A stretch of DNA of 64,000 bases from Eledone cirrhosa (Eukaryota), in the NCBI GenBank assembly GCA_964016885.1, contig OZ024752.1:34534001-34598000 (forward strand). Direction: 5' to 3'. Shown in pieces: positions 1 to 14,410 of this stretch. Numbering within the stretch: position 1 is the stretch's first letter; every line of letters begins with the position of its first letter. The notes beneath the pieces were generated by a model, which had not been told where the DNA came from, searched no databases, and saw only the letters and a list, made by a program, of their open reading frames with translations. A program made the position numbers and the translations under genes.

Positions 1-2969
1 ACAGAGAGAACATGCACAGTGTTACTAAGAAGGGGCAATGGTAAGACAGAGAGAACATGCACAGGGTTACTGAGAAGGGGCAATGGTAAGACAGAGAGAA
101 CATGCACAGGGTTACTGAGAAAGGGCAATGGTAAGACAGAGAGAACATGCACAGTGTTACTGAGAAGGGGAAATAGTAAGACAGAGTGAACATGCACTGG
201 GTTAGTGAGAAGGGGCAATGGTAAGACAGAGAGAACATGCACAGGGTTACTGAGAAGGGGCAATGGTAAGACAGAGAGAACATGCACAGTGTTACTGAGA
301 AGGGGAAATAGTAAGACAGAGAGAACATGCACAGGGTTACTGAGAAGAGGCAATGGTAAGACAGAGAGAACATGCACAGGGTTACTGAGAAGGGGCAATG
401 GTAAGACAGAGAGAACATGCACAGGGTTAGTGAGAAAGGGCAATGGTAAGACAGAGAGAACATGCACAGGGTTACTGAGAAGAGGCAATGGTAAGACAGA
501 GAGGTCATGCACAGGGTTACTGAGAAGAGGCAATGGTAAGACAGAGAGAACATGCACAGGGTTACTGAGAAGGGGCAATGGTAAGACAGAGAGAACATGC
601 ACAGGGTTACTGAGAAGGGGAAATGGTAAGACAGAGAGACCATGCACAGTGTTACTGTGAAGGGCAATGGTAAGACAGAGAGAACATGCACAGTGTTACT
701 GAGAAGGGCAATGGTAAGACAGAGAGAACATGCACAGTGTTACTGAGAAGGGCAATGGTAAGACAGAGAGAACATGCACAGGGTTACTGAGAAGGGGCAA
801 TGGTAAGACAGAGAGAACATGCACAGGGTTACTGAGAAGGGGAAATGGTAAGACAGAGAGAACATCCACAGGGTTACTGAGAAGGGGCAATGGTAAGACA
901 GAGAGAACATCCACAGGGTTACTGAGAAGGGGCAATGGTGAGACAGAGAGAACATGCACAGTGGTACTGAGAAGGGGCAATGGTAAGACAGAGAGAACAT
1001 CCACAGGGTTACTGAGAAGGGGCAATGGTAAGACAGAGAGAACATGCACAGGGTTACTGAGAAGGGGCAATGGTAAGACAGAGAGAACATGCAGAGGGTT
1101 ACTGAGAAGGGGCATTGGTAAGACAGAGAGAACATGCACAGGGTTACTGAGAAGGGGCAATGGTAAGACAGAGAGAACATGCAGAGGGTTACTGAGAAGG
1201 GGCAATGGTAAGACAGAGAGAACATGCACAGGGTTACTGAGAAGGGGCAATGGTAAGACAGTGAGAACATGTACAGGGTTACTGAGAAGGGGCAATGGTA
1301 AGACAGAGAGAACATGCACAGGGTTACTGAGAAAGGGCAATGGTAAGACAGAGAGAACATGCACAGTGTTACTAAGAAGGGGCAATGGTAAGACAGAGAG
1401 AACATGCACAGGGTTACTGAGAAGGGGCAATGGTAAGACAGAGAGAACATGCACAGGGTTACTGAGAAAGGGCAATGGTAAGACAGAGAGAACATGCACA
1501 GGGTTACTGAGAAGGGGCAATGGTAAGACAGAGAGAACATGCACAGGGTTACTGAGAAAGGGCAATGGTAAGACAGAGAGAACATGCACAGTGTTACTGA
1601 GAAGGGGCAATGGAAAGACAGAGAGAACATGCACAGGGTTACTGAGAAGGGGCAATGGTAATACAGAGAGAACATGCACAGGGTTACTGAGAAGGGGCAA
1701 TGGTAAGACAGAGAGAACATGCACAGGGTTACTGAGAAGGGGCAATGGTAAGACAGAGAGAACATGTACAGTGGTACTGAGAAGAGGCAATGGTAAGACA
1801 GAGAGAACATGCACAGGGTTACTGAGAAGGGGCAATGGTAAGACAGAGAGAACATGCACAGGGTTACTGAGAAGGGGCAATGGTAAGACAGAGAGAACAT
1901 GCACAGGGTTACTGAGAAGGGTCAATGGTAAGACAGAGAGAACATGTACAGGGTTACTGAGAAGGGGCAATGGTAAGACAGAGAGAACATGCACAGGGTT
2001 ACTGAGAAGGGGCAATGGTAAGACAGAGAGAACATGCACAGGGTTACTGAGAAGGGGCAATGGTAAGACAGAGAGAACATGCACAGGGTTACTGAGAAAG
2101 GGCAATGGTAAGACAGAGAGAACATGCACAGGGTTACTGAGAAGGGGCAATGGTAAGACAGAGAGAACATGCACAGGGTTACTGAGAAGGGGCAATGGTA
2201 AGACAGAGAGAACATGCACAGGGTTACTGAGAAGGGGCAATTGTAAGACAGAGAGAACATGCACAGGGTTACTGAGAAGGGGCAATGGTAAGACAGAGAG
2301 AACATGCACAGGGTTACTGAGAAAGGGCAATGGTAAGACAGAGAGAACATGCACAGGGTTACTGAGAAGGGGCAATGGTAAGACAGAGAGAACATGCACA
2401 GGGTTACTGAGAAGGGGCAATGGTAAGACAGAGAGAACATGCACAGGGTTACTGAGAAGGGGCAATGGTAAGACAGAGAGAACATGCACAGGGTTACTGA
2501 GAAGGGGCAATGGTAAGACAGAGAGAACATGCACAGGGTTACTGAGAAGGGGCAATGGTAAGACAGAGAGAACATGCACAGGGTTACTGAGAAAGGGCAA
2601 TGGTAAGACAGAGAGAACATGCACAGGGTTACTGAGAAGAGGCAATGGTAAGACAGAGAGAACATGCACAGGGTTACTGAGAAGAGGCAATGGTAAGACA
2701 GAGAGAACATGCACAGGGTTACTGAGAAGGGGCAATGGTAAGACAGAGAGAACATGCACAGGGTAACTGAGAAGAGGCAATGGTAAGACTGAGAGAACAT
2801 GCACAGGGTTACTGAGAAGAGGCAATGGTAAGACAGAGAGAACAGGCACAGGGTTACTGAGAAGGGGCAATGGTAAGACAGAGAGAACATGCACAGGGTT
2901 ACTGAGAAAAGGCAATGGTAAGACAGAGAGAACATGCACAGTGTTACTGAGAAGGGGCAATGGTAAGAC

Positions 2970-5900
2970 AGAGAGAACATGCACAGGGTTACTGAGAAGG
3001 GCAATGGTAAGACAGAGAGAACATGCACAGTGTTACTGAGAAGGGGAAATGGTAAGACAGAGAGACCATGCACAGTGTTACTGTGAAGGGCAATGGTAAG
3101 ACAGAGAGAACATGCACAGTGTTACTGAGAAGGGCAATGGTAAGACAGAGAGAACATGCACAGTGTTACTGAGAAGGGCAATGGTAAGACAGAGAGAACA
3201 TGCACAGGGTTACTGAGAAGGGGCAATGGTAAGACAGAGAGAACATGCACAGGGTTACTGAGAAGGGGCAATGGTAAGACAGAGAGAACATACACAGGGT
3301 TACTGAGAAAGGGAAATGGTAAGACAGAGAGAACATGCACAGGGTTACTGAGAAGGGGCAATGGTAAGACAGACAGAACATGCACAGGGTTACTGAGAAA
3401 GGGAAATGGTAAGACAGAGAGAACATGCACAGGGTTACTGAGAAGGGGCAATGGTAAGACAGAGAGAACATGCACAGGGTTACTGAAAAAGGGCAATGGT
3501 AAGACAGAGAGAACATGCACAGGGTTACTGAGAAGGGGAAATGGTAAGACAGAGAGAACATGCACAGGGTTACTGATAAAGGGAAATGGTAAGACAGAGA
3601 GAACATGCACAGGGTTACTGAGAAGGGGCAATGGTAAGACAGACAGAACATGCACAGTGGTACTGAGAAGGGGCAATGGTAAGACAGAGAGAACATCCAC
3701 AGGGTTACTGAGAAGGGGCAATGGTAAGACAGAGAGAACATGCACAGGGTTACTGAGAAGGGGCAATGGTAAGACAGAGAGAACATGCAGAGGGTTACTG
3801 AGAAGGGGCAATGGTAAGACAGAGAGAACATGCACAGGGTTACTGAGAAGGGGCAATGGTAAGACAGTGAGAACATGTACAGGGTTACTGAGAAGGGGCA
3901 ATGGTAAGACAGAGAGAACATGCACAGGGTTACTGAGAAAGGGCAATGGTAAGACAGAGAGAACATGCACAGTGTTACTGAGAAGGGGCAATGGTAAGAC
4001 AGAGAGAACATGCACAGGGTTACTGAGAAGGGGCAATGGTAAGACAGAGAGAACATGCACAGGGTTACTGAGAAAGGGCAATGGTAAGACAGAGAGAACA
4101 TGCACAGGGTTACTGAGAAGGGGCAATGGTAAGACAGAGAGAACATGCACAGGGTTACTGAGAAAGGGCAATGGTAAGACAGAGAGAACATGCACAGTGT
4201 TACTGAGAAGGGGCAATGGTAAGACAGAGAGAACATCCACAGGGTTACTGAGAAGGGGCAATGGTAAGACAAAGAGAACATGCACAGGGTTACTGAGAAG
4301 GGGCAATGGTAAGACAGAGAGAACATGTACAGTGGTACTGAGAAGAGGCAATGGTAAGACAGAGAGAACATGCACAGGGTTACTGAGAAGGGGCAATGGT
4401 GGGACAGAGAGAACATGTACAGGGTTACTGAGAATGGGCAATGGTAAGACAGAGAGAACATGCACAGGGTTACTGAGAAGGGGCAATGGTAAGACAGAGA
4501 GAACATGCACAGGGTTACTGAGAAGAGGCAATGGTGAGACAGAGAGAACATGCACAGGGTTACTGAGAAAGGGCAATGATAAGACAGAGAGAACATGTAC
4601 AGGGTTACTGAGAAGGGGCAATGGTAAGACAAAGAGAACATGCACAGGGTTACTGAGAAGGGGCAATGGTAAGACAGAGAGAACATGTACAGTGGTACTG
4701 AGAAGAGGCAATGGTAAGACAGAGAGAACATGTACAGGGATACTGAGAAAGGGCAATGGTAAGACAGAGAGAACATGCACAGGGTTACTTAGAAGGGGCA
4801 ATGGTGAGACAGAGAGAACATGCACAGGGTTACTGAGAAAGGGCAATGGTAAGACAGAGAGAACATGTACAGGGTTACTGAGAAGGGGCAATGGTAAGAC
4901 AGAGAGAACATGCACAATGTTACTGAGAAAGGGCAATGGTAAGACAGAGAGAACATGCACAGGGTTACTGAGAAGGGGCAATGGTGAGACAGAGAGAACA
5001 TGAACAGGGTTACTGAGAAGGGGCAATGATAAGACAGAGAGAACATGCACAGGGTTACTGAGAAAGAGCAATGGTAAGACAGAGAGAACATGCACAGGGT
5101 TACTGAGAAGGGGCAATGGTAAGACAGAGAGAACATGCACAGGGTTACTGAGAAAGGGCAATGGTAAGACAGAGAGAACATGGACAGGGTTACTGAGAAG
5201 GGGAAATGATAAGACAGAGAGAACATGCACAGGGTTACTGAGAAGGGGGCAATGGTAAGACAGAGAGAACATGCACAGGGTTACTGAGAAAGGGCAATGG
5301 TAAGACAGAGAGAACATGGACAGGGTTACTGAGAAAGGGCAATGGTAAGACAGAGAGAACATGCACAGGGTTACTGAGAAGGGGCAATGGTAAGACAGAG
5401 AGAACATACACAGGGTTACTGAGAAGGGGCAATGGTAAGACAGAGAGAACATGCACAGGGTTACTGAGAAAGGGCAATGGTAAGACAGAGAGAACATGCA
5501 CAGGGTTACTGAGAAAGGGCAATGGTAAGACAGAGAGAACATGCACAGGGTTACTGAGAAGGGGCAATGATAAGACAGAGAGAACATGCACAGGGTTACT
5601 GAGAAAGGGCAATGGTAAGACAGAGAGAACATGCACAGGGTTACTGACAAAGGGCAATGGTAAGACAGAGAGAACATGCACAGGGTTACTGAGAAAAGGC
5701 AATGGTAAGACAGAGAGAACATGCACAGTGTTACTGAGAAGGGGCAATGGTAAGACAGAGAGAACATGCACAGGGTTACTGAGAAGGGCAATGGTAAGAC
5801 AGAGAGAACATGCACAGTGTTACTGAGAAGGGGAAATGGTAAGACAGAGAGAACATGCACAGTGTTACTGTGAAGGGCAATGGTAAGACAGAGAGACCAT

Positions 5901-8850
5901 GCACAGTGTTACTGTGAAGGGCAATGGTAAGACAGAGAGAACATGCACAGTGTTACTGAGAAGGGCAATGGTAAGACAGAGAGAACATGCACAGGGTTAC
6001 TGAGAAGGGGCAATGGTAAGACAGAGAGAACATACACAGGGTTACTGAGAAAGGGAAATGGTAAGACAGAGAGAACATGCACAGGGTTACTGAGAAGGGG
6101 CAATGGTAAGACAGACAGAACATGCACAGGGTTACTGAGAAAGGGAAATGGTAAGACAGAGAGAACATGCACAGGGTTACTGAGAAGGGGCAATGGTAAG
6201 ACAGAGAGAACATGCACAGGGTTACTGAAAAAGGGCAATGGTAAGACAGAGAGAACATGCACAGGGTTACTGAGAAGGGGAAATGGTAAGACAGAGAGAA
6301 CATGCACAGGGTTACTGATAAAGGGAAATGGTAAGACAGAGAGAACATGCACAGGGTTACTGAGAAGGGGCAATGGTAAGACAGACAGAACATGCACAGT
6401 GGTACTGAGAAGGGGCAATGGTAAGACAGAGAGAACATGCACAGGGTTACTGAGAAGGGGCAATGGTAAGACAGAGAGAACATGCAGAGGGTTACTGAGA
6501 AGGGGCAATGGTAAGACAGAGAGAACATGCACAGGGTTACTGAGAAGGGGCAATGGTAAGACAGTGAGAACATGTACAGGGTTACTGAGAAGGGGCAATG
6601 GTAAGACAGAGAGAACATGCACAGGGTTACTGAGAAAGGGCAATGGTAAGACAGAGAGAACATGCACAGTGTTACTGAGAAGGGGCAATGGTAAGACAGA
6701 GAGAACATGCACAGGGTTACTGAGAAGGGGCAATGGTAAGACAGAGAGAACATGCACAGGGTTACTGAGAAAGGGCAATGGTAAGACAGAGAGAACATGC
6801 ACAGGGTTACTGAGAAGGGGCAATGGTAAGACAGAGAGAACATGCACAGGGTTACTGAGAAAGGGCAATGGTAAGACAGAGAGAACATGCACAGTGTTAC
6901 TGAGAAGGGGCAATGGAAAGACAGAGAGAACATGCACAGGGTTACTGAGAAGGGGCAATGGTAATACAGAGAGAACATGCACAGGGTTACTGAGAAGGCG
7001 CAATGGTAAGACAGAGAGAACATGTACAGTGGTACTGAGAAGAGGCAATGGTAAGACAGAGAGAACATGCACAGGGTTACTGAGAAGGGGCAATGGTGGG
7101 ACAGAGAGAACATGTACAGGGTTACTGAGAATGGGCAATGGTAAGACAGAGAGAACATGCACAGGGTTACTGAGAAGGGGCAATGGTAAGACAGAGAGAA
7201 CATGCACAGGGTTACTGAGAAGAGGCAATGGTGAGACAGAGAGAACATGCACAGGGTTACTGAGAAAGGGCAATGATAAGACAGAGAGAACATGTACAGG
7301 GTTACTGAGAAGGGGCAATGGTAAGACAGAGAGAACATGCACAGGGTTACTGAGAAGGGGCAATGGTAAGACAGAGAGAACATGCACAGGGTTACTGAGA
7401 AGGGGCAATGGTAAGACAGAGAGAACATGTACAGGGATACTGAGAAAGGGCAATGGTAAGACAGAGAGAACATGCACAGGGTTACTGAGAAGGGGCAATG
7501 GTGAGACAGAGAGAACATGCACAGGGTTACTGAGAAAGGGCAATGGTAAGACAGAGAGAACATGTACAGGGTTACTGAGAAGGGGCAATGGTAAGACAGA
7601 GAGAACATGCACAATGTTACTGAGAAAGGGCAATGGTAAGACAGAGAGAACATGCACAGGGTTACTGAGAAGGGGCAATGGTGAGACAGAGAGAACATGC
7701 ACAGGGTTACTGAGAAGGGGCAATGATAAGACAGAGAGAACATGCACAGGGTTACTGAGAAAGAGCAATGGTAAGACAGAGAGAACATGCACAGGGTTAC
7801 TGAGAAGGGGCAATGGTAAGACAGAGAGAACACGCACAGGGTTACTGAGAAGGGGCAATGGTAAGACAGAGAGAACATGCACAGTGTTACTGAGAAAGGG
7901 CAATGGTAAGACAGAGAGAACATGCACAGGGTTACTGAGAAAGGGCAATGATAAGACAGAGAGAACATGTACAGGGTTACTGAGAAGGGGCAATGGTAAG
8001 TCACAGAGAACATGCACAGGGTTACTGAGAAAGGGCAATGGTAAGACGGAGAGAACATGCACAGGGTTACTGAGAAGGGGCAATGGTGAGACAGAGAGAA
8101 CATGCACAGGGTTACTGAGAAGGGGCAATGATAAGACAGAGAGAACATGCACAGGGTTACTGAGAAAGGGAAATGGTAAGACAGAGAGAACATGCACAGG
8201 GTTACTGAGAAGGGGCAATGGTAAGACAGAGAGAACATGCACAGGGTTACTGAGAAGGGGCAATGGTAAGACAGAGAGAACATGTACAGGGTTACTGAGA
8301 AGGGGCAATGGTAAGACAGAGAGAACATGTACAGGGTTACTGAGAAGGGGAAATGATAAGACAGAGAGAACATGCACAGGGTTACTGAGAAGGGGGCAAT
8401 GGTAAGACAGAGAGAACATGCACAGGGTTACTGAGAAAGGGCAATGGTAAGACAGAGAGAACATGGACAGGGTTACTGAGAAAGGGCAATGGTAAGACAG
8501 AGAGAACATGCACAGGGTTACTGAGAAGGGGCAATGGTAAGACAGAGAGAACATACACAGGGTTACTGAGAAGGGGCAATGGTAAGACAGAGAGAACATG
8601 CACAGGGTTACTGAGAAAGGGCAATGGTAAGACAGAGAGAACATGCACAGGGTTACTGAGAAAGGGCAATGGTAAGACAGAGAGAACATGCACAGGGTTA
8701 CTGAGAAGGGGCAATGATAAGACAGAGAGAACATGCACAGGGTTACTGAGAAAGGGCAATGGTAAGACAGAGAGAACATGCACAGGGTTACTGACAAAGG
8801 GCAATGGTAAGACAGAGAGAACATGCACAGGGTTACTGAGAAAGGGCAAT
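2970..8850. repeat. Higher-order tandem duplication, ~2.8-3.1 kb (copies ~2970-5750 and ~5755-8850)
   Basis: Rare variants occur in the same order in both copies: CATACAC (3291/6033), ACAGACAG, CTGAAAAA, CTGATAAA, GGTGGGAC (4398/7096), GAATGGG, GGGATAC, CTGACAAA. ORF-track offsets are 2787 and 3147. Confidence 0.85.
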
Positions 8851-11800
8851 GGTAAGACAGAGAGAACATGCACAGGGTTACTGAGAAGGGGCAATGGTAA
8901 GACAGAGAGAACATGCACAGGGTTACTGAGAAAGGGGGCAATGGTAAGACAGAGAGAACATGCACAGGGTTACTGAGAAGGGGCAATGGTAAGACAGAGA
9001 GAACATGCACAGGGTTACTGAGAAGGGGCAATGGTAAGACAGAGAGAACATGCACAGGGTTACTGAGAAAGGGCAATGGTAAGACAGAGAGAACATGCAC
9101 AGGGTTACTGAGAAAGGGCAATGGTAAGACAGAGAGAACATGCACAGGGTTACTGAGAAGGGGCAATGGTAAGACAGAGAGAAAATGCACAGGGTTACTG
9201 AGAAGGGGCAATGGTAAGACAGAGAGAACATGCACAGGGTTACTGAGAAGGGGCAATGGTAAGACAGAGAGAAAATGCACAGGGTTACTGAGAAGGGGCA
9301 ATGGTAAGACAGAGAGAACATGCACAGGGCTACTGAGAAGGGGCAATGGTAAGACAGAGAGAAAATGCACAGGGTTACTGAGAAGGGGCAATGGTAAGAC
9401 AGAGAGAACATGCACAGGGTTACTGAGAAGGGGCAATGGTAAGACAGAGAGAAAATGCACAGGGTTACTGAGAAGGGGCAATGGTAAGACAGAGAGAACA
9501 TGCACAGGGTTACTGAGAAGGGGCAATGGTAAGACAGAGAGAACATGCACAGGGTTACTGAGAAAGGGCAATGGTAAGACAGAGAGAACATGCACAGGGT
9601 TACTGACAAAGGGCAATGGTAAGACAGAGAGAACATGCACAGGGTTACTGAGAAAGGGCAATGGTAAGACAGAGAGAACATGCACAGGGTTACTGAGAAA
9701 GGGCAATGGTAAGACAGAGAGAACATGCACAGGGTTACTGAGAAGGGGCAATGGTAAGACAGAGAGAACATGCACAGGGTTACTGAGAAGGGGCAATGGT
9801 AAGACAGAGAGAACATGCACAGGGTTACTGAGAAGGGGCAATGGTAAGACAGAGAGAACATGCACAGGGTTACTGAGAAGGGGCAATGGTAAGACAGAGA
9901 GAACATGCACAGGGTTACTGAGAAAGGGCAATGGTAAGACAGAGAGAACATGCACAGGGTTACTGAGAAAGGGCAATGGTAAGACAGAGAGACCATGCAC
10001 AGGGTTACTGAGAAGGGGCAATGGTAAGACAGAGAGAAAATGCACAGGGTTACTGAGAAGGGGCAATGGTAAGACAGAGAGAACATGCACAGGGTTACTG
10101 AGAAAGGGGGCAATGGTAAGACAGAGAGAACATGCACAGGGTTACTGAGAAGGGGCAATGGTAAGACAGAGAGAACATGCACAGGGTTACTGAGAAGGGG
10201 CTATGGTAAGACAGAGAGAACATGCACAGGGTTACTGAGAAAGGGGGCAATGGTAAGACAGAGAGAAAATGCACAGGGTACTGAGAAGGGGGCAATGGTA
10301 AGACAGAGAGAACATGCACAGGGTTACTGAGAAAGGGCAATGGTAAGACAGAGAGAACATGCACAGTGTTACTGAGAAAGGTCAATGGTAAGACAGAGAG
10401 AACATGCACAGGATTACTGAGAAGAAGCAATGGTAAGACAGAGAGAACATGCACAGTGTTACTGAGAAGGGGCAATGATAAGACAGAGGGAACATGCACA
10501 GGGTTACTGAGAAGGGGCAATGGTAAGACAGAGAGAACATGCACAGGGTTACTGAGAAGGGGCAATGGTAAGACAGAGAGAACATGCACAGGGTTACTGA
10601 GAAAGGGCAATGGTAAGACAGAGAGAACATGCACAGGGTTACTGAGAAAGGGCAATGGTAAGACAGAGAGAACATGCACAGGGTTACTGAGAAAGGGCAA
10701 TGGTAAGACAGAGAGAACATGCACAGTGTTACTGAGAAGGGGGTAATGGTAAGACAGAGAGAACATGCACAGGGTTACTGAGAAGGGGCAATGGTAATAC
10801 AGAGAGAACATGCACAGGGTTACTGAGAAGGGGGTAATGGTAAGACAGAGAGAACATGTACAGGGTTACTGAGAAGGGGCAATGATAAGACAGAGAGAAC
10901 ATGCACAGGGTTACTGAGAAGGGGCAATGGTAATACAGAGAGAACATGCACAGGGTTACTGAGAAGAAGCAATGGTAAGACAGAGAGAACATGCACAGTG
11001 TTACTGAGAAGGGGCAATGATAAGACAGAGAGAACATGCACAGGGTTACTGAGAAAGAGCAATGGTAAGACAGAGAGAACATGCACAGGGTTACTGAGAA
11101 GGGGCAATGGTAAGACAGAGAGAACACGCACAGGGTTACTGAGAAGGGGCAATGGTAAGACAGAGAGAACATGCACAGTGTTACTGAGAAAGGGCAATGG
11201 TAAGACAGAGAGAACATGCACAGGGTTACTGAGAAAGGGCAATGATAAGACAGAGAGAACATGTACAGGGTTACTGAGAAGGGGCAATGGTAAGTCACAG
11301 AGAACATGCACAGGGTTACTGAGAAAGGGCAATGGTAAGACGGAGAGAACATGCACAGGGTTACTGAGAAGGGGCAATGGTGAGACAGAGAGAACATGCA
11401 CAGGGTTACTGAGAAGGGGCAATGATAAGACAGAGAGAACATGCACAGGGTTACTGAGAAAGGGAAATGGTAAGACAGAGAGAACATGCACAGGGTTACT
11501 GAGAAGGGGCAATGGTAAGACAGAGAGAACATGCACAGGGTTACTGAGAAGGGGCAATGGTAAGACAGAGAGAACATGTACAGGGTTACTGAGAAGGGGC
11601 AATGGTAAGACAGAGAGAACATGTACAGGGTTACTGAGAAGGGGAAATGATAAGACAGAGAGAACATGCACAGGGTTACTGAGAAGGGGGCAATGGTAAG
11701 ACAGAGAGAACATGCACAGGGTTACTGAGAAAGGGCAATGGTAAGACAGAGAGAACATGGACAGGGTTACTGAGAAAGGGCAATGGTAAGACAGAGAGAA

Positions 11801-14410
11801 CATGCACAGGGTTACTGAGAAGGGGCAATGGTAAGACAGAGAGAACATACACAGGGTTACTGAGAAGGGGCAATGGTAAGACAGAGAGAACATGCACAGG
11901 GTTACTGAGAAAGGGCAATGGTAAGACAGAGAGAACATGCACAGGGTTACTGAGAAAGGGCAATGGTAAGACAGAGAGAACATGCACAGGGTTACTGAGA
12001 AGGGGCAATGATAAGACAGAGAGAACATGCACAGGGTTACTGAGAAAGGGCAATGGTAAGACAGAGAGAACATGCACAGGGTTACTGACAAAGGGCAATG
12101 GTAAGACAGAGAGAACATGCACAGGGTTACTGAGAAAGGGCAATGGTAAGACAGAGAGAACATGCACAGGGTTACTGAGAAGGGGCAATGGTAAGACAGA
12201 GAGAACATGCACAGGGTTACTGAGAAAGGGGGCAATGGTAAGACAGAGAGAACATGCACAGGGTTACTGAGAAGGGGCAATGGTAAGACAGAGAGAACAT
12301 GCACAGGGTTACTGAGAAGGGGCAATGGTAAGACAGAGAGAACATGCACAGGGTTACTGAGAAAGGGCAATGGTAAGACAGAGAGAACATGCACAGGGTT
12401 ACTGAGAAAGGGCAATGGTAAGACAGAGAGAACATGCACAGGGTTACTGAGAAGGGGCAATGGTAAGACAGAGAGAAAATGCACAGGGTTACTGAGAAGG
12501 GGCAATGGTAAGACAGAGAGAACATGCACAGGGTTACTGAGAAGGGGCAATGGTAAGACAGAGAGAAAATGCACAGGGTTACTGAGAAGGGGCAATGGTA
12601 AGACAGAGAGAACATGCACAGGGCTACTGAGAAGGGGCAATGGTAAGACAGAGAGAAAATGCACAGGGTTACTGAGAAGGGGCAATGGTAAGACAGAGAG
12701 AACATGCACAGGGTTACTGAGAAGGGGCAATGGTAAGACAGAGAGAAAATGCACAGGGTTACTGAGAAGGGGCAATGGTAAGACAGAGAGAACATGCACA
12801 GGGTTACTGAGAAGGGGCAATGGTAAGACAGAGAGAACATGCACAGGGTTACTGAGAAGGGGCAATGATAAGACAGAGGGAACATGCACAGGGTTACTGA
12901 GAAGGGGCAATGGTAAGACAGAGAGAACATGCACAGGGTTACTGAGAAAGGGCAATGGTAAGACAGAGAGAACATGCACAGGGTTACTGACAAAGGGCAA
13001 TGGTAAGACAGAGAGAACATGCACAGGGTTACTGAGAAAGGGCAATGGTAAGACAGAGAGAACATGCACAGGGTTACTGAGAAAGGGCAATGGTAAGACA
13101 GAGAGAACATGCACAGGGTTACTGAGAAGGGGCAATGGTAAGACAGAGAGAACATGCACAGGGTTACTGAGAAGGGGCAATGGTAAGACAGAGAGAACAT
13201 GCACAGGGTTACTGAGAAGGGGCAATGGTAAGACAGAGAGAACATGCACAGGGTTACTGAGAAGGGGCAATGGTAAGACAGAGAGAACATGCACAGGGTT
13301 ACTGAGAAAGGGCAATGGTAAGACAGAGAGAACATGCACAGGGTTACTGAGAAAGGGCAATGGTAAGACAGAGAGACCATGCACAGGGTTACTGAGAAGG
13401 GGCAATGGTAAGACAGAGAGAAAATGCACAGGGTTACTGAGAAGGGGCAATGGTAAGACAGAGAGAACATGCACAGGGTTACTGAGAAAGGGGGCAATGG
13501 TAAGACAGAGAGAACATGCACAGGGTTACTGAGAAGGGGCAATGGTAAGACAGAGAGAACATGCACAGGGTTACTGAGAAGGGGCTATGGTAAGACAGAG
13601 AGAACATGCACAGGGTTACTGAGAAAGGGGGCAATGGTAAGACAGAGAGAAAATGCACAGGGTACTGAGAAGGGGGCAATGGTAAGACAGAGAGAACATG
13701 CACAGGGTTACTGAGAAAGGGCAATGGTAAGACAGAGAGAACATGCACAGTGTTACTGAGAAAGGTCAATGGTAAGACAGAGAGAACATGCACAGGATTA
13801 CTGAGAAGAAGCAATGGTAAGACAGAGAGAACATGCACAGTGTTACTGAGAAGGGGCAATGATAAGACAGAGGGAACATGCACAGGGTTACTGAGAAGGG
13901 GCAATGGTAAGACAGAGAGAACATGCACAGGGTTACTGAGAAGGGGCAATGGTAAGACAGAGAGAACATGCACAGGGTTACTGAGAAAGGGCAATGGTAA
14001 GACAGAGAGAACATGCACAGGGTTACTGAGAAAGGGCAATGGTAAGACAGAGAGAACATGCACAGGGTTACTGAGAAAGGGCAATGGTAAGACAGAGAGA
14101 ACATGCACAGTGTTACTGAGAAGGGGGTAATGGTAAGACAGAGAGAACATGCACAGGGTTACTGAGAAGGGGCAATGGTAATACAGAGAGAACATGCACA
14201 GGGTTACTGAGAAGGGGGTAATGGTAAGACAGAGAGAACATGTACAGGGTTACTGAGAAGGGGCAATGATAAGACAGAGAGAACATGCACAGGGTTACTG
14301 AGAAGGGGCAATGGTAATACAGAGAGAACATGCACAGGGTTACTGAGAAGAAGCAATGGTAAGACAGAGAGAACATGCACAGTGTTACTGAGAAGGGGCA
14401 ATGATAAGAC
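7710..14410. repeat. Near-perfect tandem duplication, ~3.3 kb (copies ~7710-11000 and ~11000-14410)
   Basis: Markers CACGCAC (7831/11125), GTCACAG (8001/11295), the 47-bp AAAGGGGG unit, GGGCTAC, GGGGCTATG and GGATTAC match. The offset is 3294 and becomes 3384 after a two-monomer insertion near 12860. Confidence 0.92.
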
